A program made the position numbers and the translations under genes. Shown here in pieces: positions 47,578 through 57,987 of a stretch of 64,000 nt of DNA (positions are counted from its first letter, which is position 1; each line of letters starts with the position of its first letter). The notes under the pieces are model-generated. The model worked only from the letters and a program-made list of their open reading frames with translations. It was not told the origin of the DNA and made no database searches. The DNA is from Coprothermobacterota bacterium (GTDB lineage Bacteria > Caldisericota > JANLFM01): contig JAPLHV010000157.1 of assembly GCA_026389455.1 (NCBI GenBank), positions 10,786 to 74,785 of the forward strand. Direction: 5' to 3'.

Positions 47578-47786
47578 TCGTTTGCCTCTTCGGTTGTCAG
47601 ACCTACTCGTCGGGCTAGTACGTCCAAAGGCTCCCATTGGCCTGTCAAAAGGCCAGCCAGCCACGCTTCTTCGGTTGAGAAGATCTTCCTCAGGATGGCG
47701 ATCTCCACTCCAATGGATGTCCGTGGGAATCCGTTGGGCAAGCGATCTAAAGCGCCAGCCAATCTTTCATATTCATTCTCATCCAT
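47574..47786 (-). CDS. Small ORF (70 aa), possibly the detached N-terminal part of the Fe-S protein gene
   Basis: ORF in the same orientation immediately upstream of 46757-47437; its stop lies within the AT-rich element. Confidence 0.3.
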   Translation of the reverse strand: MDENEYERLAGALDRLPNGFPRTSIGVEIAILRKIFSTEEAWLAGLLTGQWEPLDVLARRVGLTTEEANE

Positions 47787-47848
47787 CTCGTTATCCTCCT
47801 GGATTAAGCCGGTGTAATCACCCTGTCGGGGGCTAATTCATTGCCAAG

Positions 47849-48481
47849 CTATTCTCCGGGCAGCTCCTCTTTCCTCAATTCGGCTTGAGAGTCGCCGTCC
47901 ACTCGCCAATAGGCGCCGCCGCCTCCTTCACGCGCCATCAAGCCGTATTCCACCAAGTTTCTTCGCAAGCGCGCTGAATCATCGCTAAACCGCAACAAGA
48001 TCTCGTTCACTTCCTTTTCAGAGTAACGCCGGTTTCGCTCGAATGCTTGATTGATGTGGCGAAGGATGGCCTGCTCCTTCTTTTGCTGTGCAGGAAAAGC
48101 CAGCAGGCGCCCATCGGGCGAAAGGAAGGTCTTCAGAACCTTTCGATCATAGGCATCTGCATCGACAGCCGCCGCTACGGTAGGCAGCATTTCCTGTGAT
48201 AAGACTCGCTGGGCCATCTCTTTTAGCGCGTCGAAGCGGAGTTGATAGACGCTGTAATAGCCTTCCGCCCTAGCGTCGACCAACTTGACCTTGGCAAGAC
48301 GGGAGAGATGGTGGGAAACGGTCGAGGAACTGAGGCCCAATATCTCCGCCAACTGTTCCACCGAGAGAGCTTCCTTGGCCAAGAGAGCGACGATCTTGAG
48401 GCGGTTGGGGTCTGAAAGCGCTTTAAAAAAAGCCAGCAATTCCTCTACATAAGAGTTCTCGTTCATCTGATCTCCTTTCAT
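47849..48481 (-). CDS. ArsR-family transcriptional regulator with C-terminal extension
   Basis: Winged-HTH region LSDPNRLKIVALLAKEALSVEQLAEILGLSSSTVSHHLSRL. Confidence 0.8.
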   Translation of the reverse strand: MKGDQMNENSYVEELLAFFKALSDPNRLKIVALLAKEALSVEQLAEILGLSSSTVSHHLSRLAKVKLVDARAEGYYSVYQLRFDALKEMAQRVLSQEMLPTVAAAVDADAYDRKVLKTFLSPDGRLLAFPAQQKKEQAILRHINQAFERNRRYSEKEVNEILLRFSDDSARLRRNLVEYGLMAREGGGGAYWRVDGDSQAELRKEELPGE

Positions 48482-48652
48482 ATAGATCGATGCTTGTCAA
48501 TTTAATTATAGTCAGATCAGAACGAAGCGCAAGAAGAGGGATCTTCAGCCGTTGCTTCTCTGCCCTGTCATAAGGTACTCTCTTTTCTAGTTACCTAAGG
48601 GGTCGATCCTTTCACGAGGATCTACTCAATCTAGTCACTCGGAGGCGCAGAG

Positions 48653-49174
48653 ATGAACAAGAACCTGGTCCGGCAATGGGCGAACGTGATCGCCGTCTTG
48701 GCGATGATCGTGATCAACATTCTGGCCAACGCCTTGCCCTTCAACGGGCAAAATACCGGCGCCATCTCGGACCGATTTGCCGTCTTCTTCGTGCCGGCCG
48801 GCTACGTTTTCTCCATTTGGGGTTTGATCTACATCGGCCTGCTCCTTTTCGCCATTTACCAAGCTCTTCCCAGCCAGCGCGACAACCCGCGTCTGGTCAA
48901 GATTGGCTATTGGTTTGCCTTCAGCAGCCTGGCTAACATTGCTTGGCTCTTCCTCTGGCATTATCTGCAGTTCACCAGGACCATCTTCGCCATGCTGGCC
49001 CTGCTGATCTCGCTCCTGGTTATCTATCTGCGACTGGGGATTGGAAAAGAAAACGTTCCTTCCAGCGAGCGATGGATGGTGCAGACGCCTTTCAGCATCT
49101 ACCTGGGATGGATCTCGGTGGCCACTATTGCCAATAGTAGCCAGCCTGCGGCAGCATGTCTTCTAATTGCTTGA
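48653..49174 (+). pseudogene. Tryptophan-rich multi-TM membrane protein; reading frame ends inside a half-hairpin repeat, and the downstream ORF 49167-49454 continues as a membrane protein in another frame
   Basis: The C-terminus ...SSQPAAACLLIA* is encoded by CAGCCTGCGGCAGCATGTCTTC at 49142-49163. The hydrophobic ORF 49167-49454 overlaps it by 8 nt in a different frame. Confidence 0.35.
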
Positions 49175-49641
49175 TTTCCTGAAATGGAATGCCTGGGGCA
49201 TTTCTCCGGAGATCTGGGCTGTGATCCTGCTCGTCTTAGCGACATTGCTCTCCAGCGCGATGTCTTTCCGCCGGGGGGACGTGGCCTACTCTTTGGTGAT
49301 CGCCTGGGCGTTTATAGGCATCGCCTTGAAACAGGCGGCGACCCCGCTGGCGTCCATCGCTGCTTGGGCGGCAACCGCTGTCGTGCTCGTCGATCTGGCG
49401 GCAGCAAGCATCCTCCATGCGCGGCGCCGGATACCTTCCCGAGAGAATGCGTGATCCTGCAAGTGCATGTTCCCAAGAGTGAAGAAGTGAAATCAAAGGT
49501 GCATAAGTTGGAGCTGAAATGATCCCCTGAGTCGGAGGATCGAGTACAATCGACAACAGGACATCAAAGAGACAGAGGCCGCTGGGTAATACCCCAGCGG
49601 CCTCATGAAAGGGGCTTGCGGGCCCGGGAAGCGAGCGAGGC

Positions 49642-50565
49642 ATGGAATATAAAGATTACTACCAGGTGCTGGGAGTCCCACGCGATGCGGACGAAAAGAG
49701 CATCCGCCGTGCCTACCGGGATTTGGCCCGAAAATGCCACCCGGATACGAATCGCCAGGACAAGAGCCTGGAAGAGAAGTTTCGCCAGATCAATGAGGCC
49801 TACCAGGTTCTTTCCAATGCCGACAAGCGAGCCAAATACAACCAGCTCGGAGCCAACTGGGAGCAGCTCTCCCAGCAGACCGCCTACCCGGGACCACAAC
49901 AGGGCAATTGGCAGCAGTTCGACGTGGGGCAGTCCGACTTCTCAGACTTCTTCCGAGCCTTTTTCAGCGAGAACGCGGAAAGCTCAGGGTATTCCGCCGC
50001 CAGCACCCGCCGCCGGAGCCCGCGCAAACGCAAAGGGGAAGACGTCGATGCGGTCGTGGAGATCAGCCTTGAAGAGGCTTTCAATGGTTCTTTGCGCCCT
50101 ATTTCGTTTATCCTGGGGGGGACTGCTCGCACTCTCGAGGTGAAGATCCCGGCAGGGGTCGAGGAAGGCGCCCGCATCCGCCTTCGCGGACAGGGTTACC
50201 CATCTACCAGTGGCGGGGAGCCCGGCGACCTCTACCTGATGGTCCGCATCGCTCCTCATCCCTATTTCGAGCGCAAAGGGTTGGACCTCTTTTTAGATTT
50301 GCCTGTCACCCTGGGAGAGGCCATGCTTGGGGCCAAAGTGGAGGCCCCTTCCCTGAAGGGACCGGTGATGGTAACCATCCCAGCGGAGACGCAGAACGGT
50401 GTCACCATACGTTTGCGTGGGTTGGGCTTACCCCCTGGCGGCGATCAATATCTAAAGGTGAAAGTGGTTCTCCCGCAGGAAATCACCAGCCAAGAGAAGA
50501 AGCTCTTCCAGGAACTAAAAGCGCTGGACCGCACCCAACCCCGTTCCTGTTTGGGTCAATCGTAA
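49642..50565 (+). CDS. cbpA: DnaJ-domain chaperone without zinc finger (CbpA-like)
   Basis: J-domain with HPD motif (KCHPDTN) and a DnaJ C-terminal domain; no CxxCxGxG repeats. Confidence 0.8.
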   Translation: MEYKDYYQVLGVPRDADEKSIRRAYRDLARKCHPDTNRQDKSLEEKFRQINEAYQVLSNADKRAKYNQLGANWEQLSQQTAYPGPQQGNWQQFDVGQSDFSDFFRAFFSENAESSGYSAASTRRRSPRKRKGEDVDAVVEISLEEAFNGSLRPISFILGGTARTLEVKIPAGVEEGARIRLRGQGYPSTSGGEPGDLYLMVRIAPHPYFERKGLDLFLDLPVTLGEAMLGAKVEAPSLKGPVMVTIPAETQNGVTIRLRGLGLPPGGDQYLKVKVVLPQEITSQEKKLFQELKALDRTQPRSCLGQS

Positions 50566-50624
50566 GAGAATAATAGGCGGATACCTGACCTGCTTTTCGG
50601 GTTCCGCGCCAGGAGAAAAAAAAC

Positions 50625-53120
50625 ATGACCTTCAATCTAGAGAGACTAACGATCAAAGCGCAAGACGCCCTCGCCCAAACCACCACCCTGGCTGAGAGCA
50701 TAAATCAGCAATCTCTGGAGCCGGAGCACCTGCTGGCCGCGCTATTGGAACAATCGGACGGGGTGGTCCCCCCACTTTTACAGAAACTTGGAGTTGAGAT
50801 CGTGCCTTTTACGCACCAATTGGCAGGAGAGATTGATAAGCTGCCCAAAGTATACGGCGGAGGCCAGGCCCACCCTTCCCCGCGCTTGAAGAAGGTGCTC
50901 GACCAATCGTTGCGGGAAGCCAGTCAACTAAAAGACGAGTACGTCTCCACTGAACATTTCCTCCTGTCTATGGCCGTACTCGGGGATGGAGCCGTAAAAC
51001 GTTTGCTGACCGCTGCCGGAATAGATCATGATCGTCTCTTGCAGGCTTTGGCCCAGATCCGGGGCACGCAGCGGATTACCGACCAAAACCCGGAAGACAA
51101 ATACCAGGCGCTGGAGAAGTACGGGCGCGATCTTACCGAGCTGGCTCGGCGCGGCAAATTGGATCCGGTCATCGGACGCGACGAGGAGATCCGTCGCACC
51201 ATCCAGGTGCTCTCCCGCCGCACCAAGAACAACCCAGTCCTCATTGGGGAGCCTGGAGTCGGCAAGACAGCCATTGTTGAAGGTTTGGCCCAGCGCATCG
51301 CCTCTGGCGATGTGCCGGAGAGTCTGAAGAATAAACGTGTAGTGGTTTTGGACTTGAGCGCTCTGGTGGCCGGCGCCAAGTTTCGCGGGGAGTTTGAAGA
51401 ACGGCTGAAAGCAGTCTTGAAGGAGGTAACCTCCTCCGAGGGAACCCTTATCCTTTTTATCGACGAGTTGCATACACTCATCGGAGCCGGCGCCGCCGAA
51501 GGCGCCATGGACGCCTCCAATATGCTGAAGCCGGCTCTGGCTCGCGGCGATCTACGCGCCATTGGCGCCACCACACTAGAGGAGTATCACAAGCGAATCG
51601 AGAAGGATCCCGCCCTAGGGCGGCGTTTCCAACCGGTGGTGGTGCGTGAGCCGAGCGTCGAGGACACCATTGCCATCTTGCGCGGATTGAAAGAGCGTTA
51701 TGAAGTACATCACGGAGTGAAGATCCAGGATACTGCCCTGGTGGCCGCGGCCGTTCTTTCCAACCGCTACATCGCGGATCGCTTCCTCCCCGACAAAGCC
51801 ATCGATCTGATGGATGAGGCGGCCTCACATCTGCGCATGGAGATCGACAGCCTGCCGACCGAGCTGGATGAGGTGGAGCGGCACTTGCGCCAATTGGAAG
51901 TGGAGCGCCAAGCCGTGCGGAAGGAGAAGGATCCGGTCTCCCAGTCGCGCTTGAAAAAGATGGAGGAGGAGATTGGAGCCTTGAAGGAACAAGCCCAGGC
52001 GCTGCGCGCTCGATGGCAGGTCGAGAAGGAAATCCTGCAAGGGATCGGTCAAACCACCGAGAAGATGGAAAGCATGCGCAATGAGGAGAAACAGGCCGAG
52101 AGCAAGGGTGACTGGGATCGCGCCGCCGAGCTGCGATTCGGTGTGCTCCCGGGCCTGCAGAAAGAGTTGTCCGCCCTCAACGAACGCCTGGAGGAGATCC
52201 AAAGGGGTGGAGGCATGTTGAAGGAAAAGGTCGGGGAGGAAGATATCGCCGAGATTGTCTCCAAGTGGACAGGAATTCCGGTGACCCGATTGATGGAGGA
52301 AGAAATGCAGAAGCTGGTTCGGATGGAGGAGCGTCTTGGAAGGCGCGTTGTAGGGCAGGATGAGGCCATCAGCGCCGTCTCCAAAGCCGTGCGTCGAGCC
52401 CGTTCCGGTCTCTGTGACCCGAATCGGCCCATCGGCTCCTTTCTCTTCCTGGGTCCCACCGGAGTCGGCAAGACCGAACTAGCCAAGGCGTTGGCTGAGT
52501 TTCTCTTCGATGATGAGAAGGCCATGGTCCGCCTGGATATGTCCGAGTACATGGAGAAACACACTGTCTCCCGTCTGATCGGCGCTCCTCCCGGCTATAT
52601 TGGGTATGAGGAAGGGGGGCAGTTGACCGAGGTCGTGCGCCGTAAGCCTTATACCGTGATTTTGCTGGACGAGGTTGAGAAGGCCCATCCCGACGTTTTT
52701 AATGTCCTCCTGCAGATCCTCGACGAGGGCCGTTTGACCGACGGACAAGGGCGAACGGTCGATTTCCGCAACACGGTCATCATCATGACCTCCAATCTGG
52801 GAAGTCAAATCATCCAAGAACTGTCCGGCCAATGGGAACTGATGAAAACCAAGGCGCTGGAGATCCTTCGTCTCAGCTTCCGGCCGGAGTTCCTCAACCG
52901 GATTGATGAGATCATCATTTTCCAAGCGCTCGGCAAGGAACAAGTCCGGAAGATCGTTGATTTGCAGTTGCAGCGCTTGTCAGCTCGCCTCTTGGAGAAA
53001 CAGATCGGTTTGGAAGTGACGCCTGGTGCGCGTGATTTGCTGGCTGATGTGGGGTACGAGCCTGCCTATGGAGCGCGCCCCCTCAAGCGTGCCATCCAAC
53101 GCGAGGTGATGCGCAAATAA
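50625..53120 (+). CDS. clpB: ATP-dependent chaperone ClpB; reading frame ends directly after the second AAA+ module, so the C-terminal ~30 residues appear to be missing
   Basis: Two AAA+ modules ([18 protein letters not shown]) and a coiled-coil middle domain. The ORF ends ...[14 protein letters not shown] where the stop abuts the TIR element. Confidence 0.9.
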   Translation: MTFNLERLTIKAQDALAQTTTLAESINQQSLEPEHLLAALLEQSDGVVPPLLQKLGVEIVPFTHQLAGEIDKLPKVYGGGQAHPSPRLKKVLDQSLREASQLKDEYVSTEHFLLSMAVLGDGAVKRLLTAAGIDHDRLLQALAQIRGTQRITDQNPEDKYQALEKYGRDLTELARRGKLDPVIGRDEEIRRTIQVLSRRTKNNPVLIGEPGVGKTAIVEGLAQRIASGDVPESLKNKRVVVLDLSALVAGAKFRGEFEERLKAVLKEVTSSEGTLILFIDELHTLIGAGAAEGAMDASNMLKPALARGDLRAIGATTLEEYHKRIEKDPALGRRFQPVVVREPSVEDTIAILRGLKERYEVHHGVKIQDTALVAAAVLSNRYIADRFLPDKAIDLMDEAASHLRMEIDSLPTELDEVERHLRQLEVERQAVRKEKDPVSQSRLKKMEEEIGALKEQAQALRARWQVEKEILQGIGQTTEKMESMRNEEKQAESKGDWDRAAELRFGVLPGLQKELSALNERLEEIQRGGGMLKEKVGEEDIAEIVSKWTGIPVTRLMEEEMQKLVRMEERLGRRVVGQDEAISAVSKAVRRARSGLCDPNRPIGSFLFLGPTGVGKTELAKALAEFLFDDEKAMVRLDMSEYMEKHTVSRLIGAPPGYIGYEEGGQLTEVVRRKPYTVILLDEVEKAHPDVFNVLLQILDEGRLTDGQGRTVDFRNTVIIMTSNLGSQIIQELSGQWELMKTKALEILRLSFRPEFLNRIDEIIIFQALGKEQVRKIVDLQLQRLSARLLEKQIGLEVTPGARDLLADVGYEPAYGARPLKRAIQREVMRK

Positions 53121-53279
53121 GGGGACAGATTTATTTTTCCACTCTTCCAGCCTGTTCACATGCCTGGTTGCCGTCCTGCCACCCGTTTCATGAGGCAGGC
53201 CAAGTTCCGTCCCTCGCCGATAATCAGCATCCGCGAGGAGAACGGTTTGCCTGTCATCAATAAATAAATCTGTCCCCTT
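53119..53279 (+). repeat. 161-bp element bounded by perfect 18-bp terminal inverted repeats (AAGGGGACAGATTTATTT / AAATAAATCTGTCCCCTT), MITE-like
   Basis: Inverted repeats at 53119-53136 and 53262-53279 read directly; the element fills the gap between the convergent clpB and acetyltransferase genes. Confidence 0.75.
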
Positions 53280-53283
53280 TGTT

Positions 53284-54345
53284 TTAGAACATGTCGTAAT
53301 CGCCGGAGGTGATGTACCAGTCCTCCAGCACCCCCAAGGCAGTATGATCGATCGACCCGTCCGGGGAGTAAGCGATCAGAGGTTGGTTCAGCGATCGCAC
53401 GCGAAACCCGTTTTCCCGGTAGGAAGGGAGCAAGGGAGAGTGCATCATCAGCCAGGAAGCAACGATGGCCGCTTTCTCCCGATGGAACTGGTCCAGCAAA
53501 AGGGTGAGGAAAATATTTGCCAAGCGGGGATCCCAACGCTCGACGAAGAGCTCCCCCACGGAGCCCAAGCGATAGGCCAAGTCGACGGTGCGGGTGACGG
53601 CGAAGCCGCGCAGTGCGCCTTTCTCTCCTAAAGCCCAAGCCTTGTAGCCGGCCGATGGGTGATCGAGATAGCGCCAGTTCAAGTAATCGCACTCCTTTTC
53701 CACGGCGAATCGGCAGCGCTCGCGCAAGACTTGCCAGAGCGCATCTGTGTCTGCCCCAAAGCGCTGAATCGGATGGAGGGAGAAACCCTCTTCCCTTTTC
53801 CCCCGACCGGAAAAGTAGGCCCAGAGAAGCGGTTTCGCCACGGTTCCAGCCAGATGGGCCAGGGTCGGTGAAGGCAGGCGGCCTCGCAGAGCCGCGCCGA
53901 GATCCAGCACCTTCAATAAGCGTGCCACCTTGCCCACTTCGACCCAGCCGAAACGCCGGATGTAACCGTGATAAGAGTTGCGGTTGGGAAAACCGTAGTA
54001 GAGAGGGATCTTCCTGCGCGCACCCTCCTGGAAGGTCGCCAGTACGAGCTTCTTGAAGACGCCCTGACCTCGGCAGGCCGGGTCCACCATGGTGTCCACC
54101 GATTGCCCTCCGATCACTCGAGAGGCGCCGGTCTTCATGGGGACCGCAAAGTAAGCTTCCTGTCCCACGACTTTCCCGTTGGCGCGCGCCAGAGCGATCA
54201 GAGGCGAGGCGAAGGGGTTGCGTTGGTATTCCCACCGCCAGTCTTCCATTTCCCGGGGGATCTTGGGAAAAGTGCGGTGGAAGAGGTCGAGGATTCCCTC
54301 CTCGTCTCCGGGCTGGTAGAAGCCGATTTCCAGTTCGTTGGCCAT
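53284..54345 (-). CDS. GNAT-family acetyltransferase-like protein (two-domain, 353 aa)
   Basis: Acetyl-CoA-binding-type region QSVDTMVDPACRGQGVFKKLV; the domain assignment is tentative. Confidence 0.5.
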   Translation of the reverse strand: MANELEIGFYQPGDEEGILDLFHRTFPKIPREMEDWRWEYQRNPFASPLIALARANGKVVGQEAYFAVPMKTGASRVIGGQSVDTMVDPACRGQGVFKKLVLATFQEGARRKIPLYYGFPNRNSYHGYIRRFGWVEVGKVARLLKVLDLGAALRGRLPSPTLAHLAGTVAKPLLWAYFSGRGKREEGFSLHPIQRFGADTDALWQVLRERCRFAVEKECDYLNWRYLDHPSAGYKAWALGEKGALRGFAVTRTVDLAYRLGSVGELFVERWDPRLANIFLTLLLDQFHREKAAIVASWLMMHSPLLPSYRENGFRVRSLNQPLIAYSPDGSIDHTALGVLEDWYITSGDYDMF

Positions 54346-54441
54346 CGCCCTATTATAGTGTCCTGAACCGGCGCGCCAAGGGCCCCAGCTTGATCATGAT
54401 GAGAGTGGTAAGATCTCAGGGTATGCAACCAAGGAGCGATC

Positions 54442-55299
54442 ATGCAGATTCCTGATTATCACGTCCACCCCGACTACTCCATCGACGCCAAGGGGTCGAT
54501 CCAAAGATACGCCACTACTGCGGCTGCGCGCGGGCTGCCGGAGATATGTTTTACTACCCACCTCGACCTTGATCCGCTTCGAGCTACAGAAGACAGGTGG
54601 ATCCGTGATCGGGGGGAAAGACGAAGCTTCCGCACCCTGAATTGGCTTGACCATTATTGGGAGGATATCGACCGTGCCCAGTCCGAAGTGAACGGGCAAG
54701 TCCTCTTGAAGCACGGATTGGAGATCGATTATTTTCCCGGTTTTGAGACATTCGTCCGACCCGCTCGAGAGTCCTATCCCTGGGACTTTGTCTTGGTCTC
54801 AGTACACTGCCTGGAACACATTGCCATCGCCGGGCAAGAAGAGAGTGGCCCATATTTAGCGAGGCACACCCCGGAGGAAACAGCCGAGGCCTATGTGATG
54901 GCAGTCCGGGATGCTATTGCCAGCGGTTTTGGTCATGCTTTGGCCCATCTTGACTACTTCAAGCGCCAAGTCAGCCCAGGCTTTCGCCCGCGCTTCCTGG
55001 CCGCCCTCGCTCCGCGATTGCCTGAAATCCTTGAACTGCTGCAGCGTGCAGGAATGGCCATGGAGATCAATACGCGCGCCATCCGCACCTATGGGTTGGG
55101 TGAACCATTTCCTGGCACGGAGACGCTTGCGCTGGCGGTCCGCCTGGGTGTTTCCAGAATCACCATCGGCTCGGACAGTCACCGCCCCGAAGAGTTGGGC
55201 AACTGTTTTGATGAAGCCCGCCAGTTTGCTTTAGAGGCCGGCTTTACTACGGCACTCACCTATCAGAAAGGGGAGATCAATGGTTCTTTTCAACTCTAG
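54442..55299 (+). CDS. PHP-family histidinol-phosphatase (HisK/HisJ type)
   Basis: N-terminal DYHVHPDYSIDA metal-binding motif typical of the PHP domain. Confidence 0.7.
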   Translation: MQIPDYHVHPDYSIDAKGSIQRYATTAAARGLPEICFTTHLDLDPLRATEDRWIRDRGERRSFRTLNWLDHYWEDIDRAQSEVNGQVLLKHGLEIDYFPGFETFVRPARESYPWDFVLVSVHCLEHIAIAGQEESGPYLARHTPEETAEAYVMAVRDAIASGFGHALAHLDYFKRQVSPGFRPRFLAALAPRLPEILELLQRAGMAMEINTRAIRTYGLGEPFPGTETLALAVRLGVSRITIGSDSHRPEELGNCFDEARQFALEAGFTTALTYQKGEINGSFQL

Positions 55300-56272
55300 G
55301 CTTTCCTTGACCAGCCTTCCCACTCCGCTGGAAGCGCTCCCTACTCTCTCCCGCCAACTGGGGGTTGAATTATGGATCAAGCGTGATGACCTCACTTCCC
55401 CCGCGGGAGGTGGAAATAAGGTTCGTAAGCTGGAATTCCTGCTGGCTGATGCGAACTCGCGTAAAGCGACTGCGGTCATTACCCTGGGCGCCGTGCAGTC
55501 CAACCATTGCCGTCAAACTGCTCTCTTGGCTGCTAAGCTGGGGCACGAAGCTCACTTGGTCTTGATCGGCGAGGAGCCGATAGATAGACAGGGGAACCTC
55601 TTGCTGGATACCTTATCCGGCGCCACCTTGCACTTTGGAGCGCGAACCTTGGAAGAGGGGCGAGCGATCGCCCAACAGTTGATGGAGACATTGCGGGCAT
55701 GCGGCAAGGAACCCTACCTGATCCCCTATGGAGGTTCCGACCCAATCGGCGTGCAAGGGTATGTGGCTGCCTGGGCCGAACTACAGGAGCAAGCCCAAGC
55801 GCGCTCGCTCTCCTTCGACTGCATCGTCCATGCTTCCTCTTCGGGAGGCACCCAAGCCGGTTTGTTGGTGGGCCAACAGGTCTATGGCGGCAGCGGACAA
55901 GTGATCGGCATCAGCGTGGGGCCGCCCGCGACCACTCTGGCCCGGGAAGTAGCCGCCCTGGCCGGTCAAACCGCTCAAGCCATCGGCTTGGATTCTTTTA
56001 GCCTATCTTCAGCGCCAATTATCCTGGATCAGTACATCGGCCCAGGATACGCGCTCCTCGACGAGACCACCTACGCCGCCATTCGGCGATTGGCGCAGAC
56101 CGAAGCGATCCTTCTCGATCCTGTCTACACAGGGAAAGCGTTCACTGGTTTCCTGCGATTGGCTAGCGAAGGAAGGCTAGGGAAACGCGCCTTGTTCTGG
56201 CATACCGGTGGAGCGCCTGCCCTTTATAGCTACGCCGATCAATTGACAAGCAGTCAGCCTGCGGCAGCATGA
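55280..56272 (+). CDS. PLP-dependent D-cysteine desulfhydrase / ACC-deaminase-family enzyme; last residues encoded by the repeat
   Basis: LPTPLE...IKRDDLT...GGNKVRKLEFLLADA matches the DcyD family N-terminus. The C-terminus SSQPAAA* is encoded by CAGCCTGCGGCAGCATGA. Confidence 0.7.
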   Translation: MVLFNSRLSLTSLPTPLEALPTLSRQLGVELWIKRDDLTSPAGGGNKVRKLEFLLADANSRKATAVITLGAVQSNHCRQTALLAAKLGHEAHLVLIGEEPIDRQGNLLLDTLSGATLHFGARTLEEGRAIAQQLMETLRACGKEPYLIPYGGSDPIGVQGYVAAWAELQEQAQARSLSFDCIVHASSSGGTQAGLLVGQQVYGGSGQVIGISVGPPATTLAREVAALAGQTAQAIGLDSFSLSSAPIILDQYIGPGYALLDETTYAAIRRLAQTEAILLDPVYTGKAFTGFLRLASEGRLGKRALFWHTGGAPALYSYADQLTSSQPAAA

Positions 56273-56400
56273 CAGGACACCCTGCCGGGAGCTATCTACT
56301 TGCCGGGAGCTATCTACTTGCCGGGAGCTTGCCAAACTTGAAAGCCCGCGGCAGCACGATAGCCTGCGGCAGCACGATAGCCTGCGGCAGCAAGACACTG
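56255..56400 (+). repeat. Repeat cluster: half-hairpin, 18-mer, 3x CCGGGAGCTATCTACTTG and 2x CCTGCGGCAGCACGATAG
   Basis: Direct reading of the sequence. Confidence 0.85.
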
Positions 56401-56465
56401 AGATGATCGGACTGATCCGGGTATCATCCCCTTCCCCGATTCACTCCCCTCTCCCTGGCGCCGCG

Positions 56466-57194
56466 ATGCATCTGCGTGCAGCCACCTTCGACTACTGGGA
56501 GACCCTCATCGAGGAACGCGAGCAAGGCGCAGCATCCCTGGAGAGGACGGCATCCGCTTTCTACCGTCAGTCCGCTATGCTACTTCATCTCCCCCCCGAG
56601 CCTGTCTTTGAGGAAGCTCTCCAGCGACGGTTGGCGGTCACCCGAGAGCGAATGACTGGAGAGTTGCTGGAGGTTCCCTTGGACCATTTCTTCCCTCTGC
56701 TCTTCGAGGACCTGGGGTTATCGGCTGCGGCCAACAAAGTGGCTTCTCGGGAGGCTGTCCTCTTCATCACCGAGCGAGTACACGAGGTCACGGTGGCGCT
56801 GCCCGGCGCGGTCGAATTCCTCGCTTTGTTGAAGGAGAAGGGAATCAAGATTGGGCTGGTCTCCAACACCCAAATCCCACCAGCGCAACGCCGCGAAAGC
56901 CTGCGACGTTTGGGTCTCCTCCCCTACTTCGATGCTGTGGTGCTATCCTCTGGCTTCATGCACCGCAAACCCAAGCCGGCCATTTTCCAGGAAACGCTTC
57001 GTCAATTGCAGGTTCAGCCCGAGGAGTGCCTGCATTTTGGGGACAGCTTGAACGCTGATGTGAAAGGAGCGAGAGGGGCAGGAATCCTCTCGGTCCACGT
57101 GATGGCCGGCCGGAACGCCGCTTCTACCAGTGAGGCTGAACTGGTGATTCGCGATTGGAGGACCGCCCTGGCTTTATTCGCCCGGCTCTTGTAA
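56466..57194 (+). CDS. HAD-superfamily hydrolase
   Basis: The conserved HAD C-terminal motif GDSLNADVKGARGAGI; start chosen at MHLRAATFDYWETL. Confidence 0.6.
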   Translation: MHLRAATFDYWETLIEEREQGAASLERTASAFYRQSAMLLHLPPEPVFEEALQRRLAVTRERMTGELLEVPLDHFFPLLFEDLGLSAAANKVASREAVLFITERVHEVTVALPGAVEFLALLKEKGIKIGLVSNTQIPPAQRRESLRRLGLLPYFDAVVLSSGFMHRKPKPAIFQETLRQLQVQPEECLHFGDSLNADVKGARGAGILSVHVMAGRNAASTSEAELVIRDWRTALALFARLL

Positions 57195-57986
57195 GCGACA
57201 GGCTGCCTGCTCGCCGAAGACCATCTCCTCCAAGTCATGTTCAGCTTGGTGAATCTTGGAGCGGTAGACGGCCAACTGATCCTCAAAAGAGGTTCGGAAG
57301 AGATGGCTGGCCTTGTAACCGGCTTTCATCTGGGCCAACCAATCTTCCATCACGGCGCGTTCAGTCTCCCGGTAGATCCCCGGGAAGGCGATCGCTTCTA
57401 ATGGCAGCTTGGGAGGCATCGGGGGACTTGGCGCCGCCGAGTAGCCGAAGAGGATGGTCATCAATGGGTAGACGGAGGGTGGCAAGGCCAACTTCATCTT
57501 TAGATAGCCGGCATCCAAGAGGCCGCTCCGGCCCGTTTCCGAGAGCATCACGGAGGAGACGCCAAGGGCCTCGGCGGCGATGTTCATGGCCATCGCCGCC
57601 AGCGAAGCGTTCATCACGGCGATGGTGTACTCCACCAAAGGAGCTATCGGGAAGGCTTCCAAAACTTGCCGGTTTCTGTGGGTGTCCCCCAGCAAAATCA
57701 GGCCGCGGGGCGCGTGAAAGGGGATCGGCCGCTCGAAGCGCTCCTGCCAGGTGGCGCTGGTAAAGAGGACAAAGCTCCAACTTTGCAGGTTGACGGTTGA
57801 GGGAGCCAATCGTCCGGCCTCCAGAATGGCTGACCAGATATCGTCGGGGATCTCCCGGATCCGAAAGGAGCGAACGCTGCGGCGTCGTACCAGTGCCAGA
57901 AGCAGCGGATTGTCAGCCAACGAGGGGGGCAGGTGAGGTTTCCCCCGCAACAGGCGCAGCAGACTGGGGAGGAAACCTCGGGCCAT
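57174..57986 (-). CDS. Nitroreductase-family protein with C-terminal extension
   Basis: RRSVRSF...APSTVNLQSW motif; ATG 57986 follows the rSAM stop (TAATATG). Confidence 0.6.
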   Translation of the reverse strand: MARGFLPSLLRLLRGKPHLPPSLADNPLLLALVRRRSVRSFRIREIPDDIWSAILEAGRLAPSTVNLQSWSFVLFTSATWQERFERPIPFHAPRGLILLGDTHRNRQVLEAFPIAPLVEYTIAVMNASLAAMAMNIAAEALGVSSVMLSETGRSGLLDAGYLKMKLALPPSVYPLMTILFGYSAAPSPPMPPKLPLEAIAFPGIYRETERAVMEDWLAQMKAGYKASHLFRTSFEDQLAVYRSKIHQAEHDLEEMVFGEQAACRLQEPGE

Positions 57987-57987
57987 A

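Noticed and set aside
53156-54235. 359-aa minus-strand ORF overlapping the GNAT-like gene in another frame.
   Set aside because: Arg/Gly-rich low-complexity translation with no RBS; the 53284-54345 frame has recognisable acetyltransferase-like blocks.
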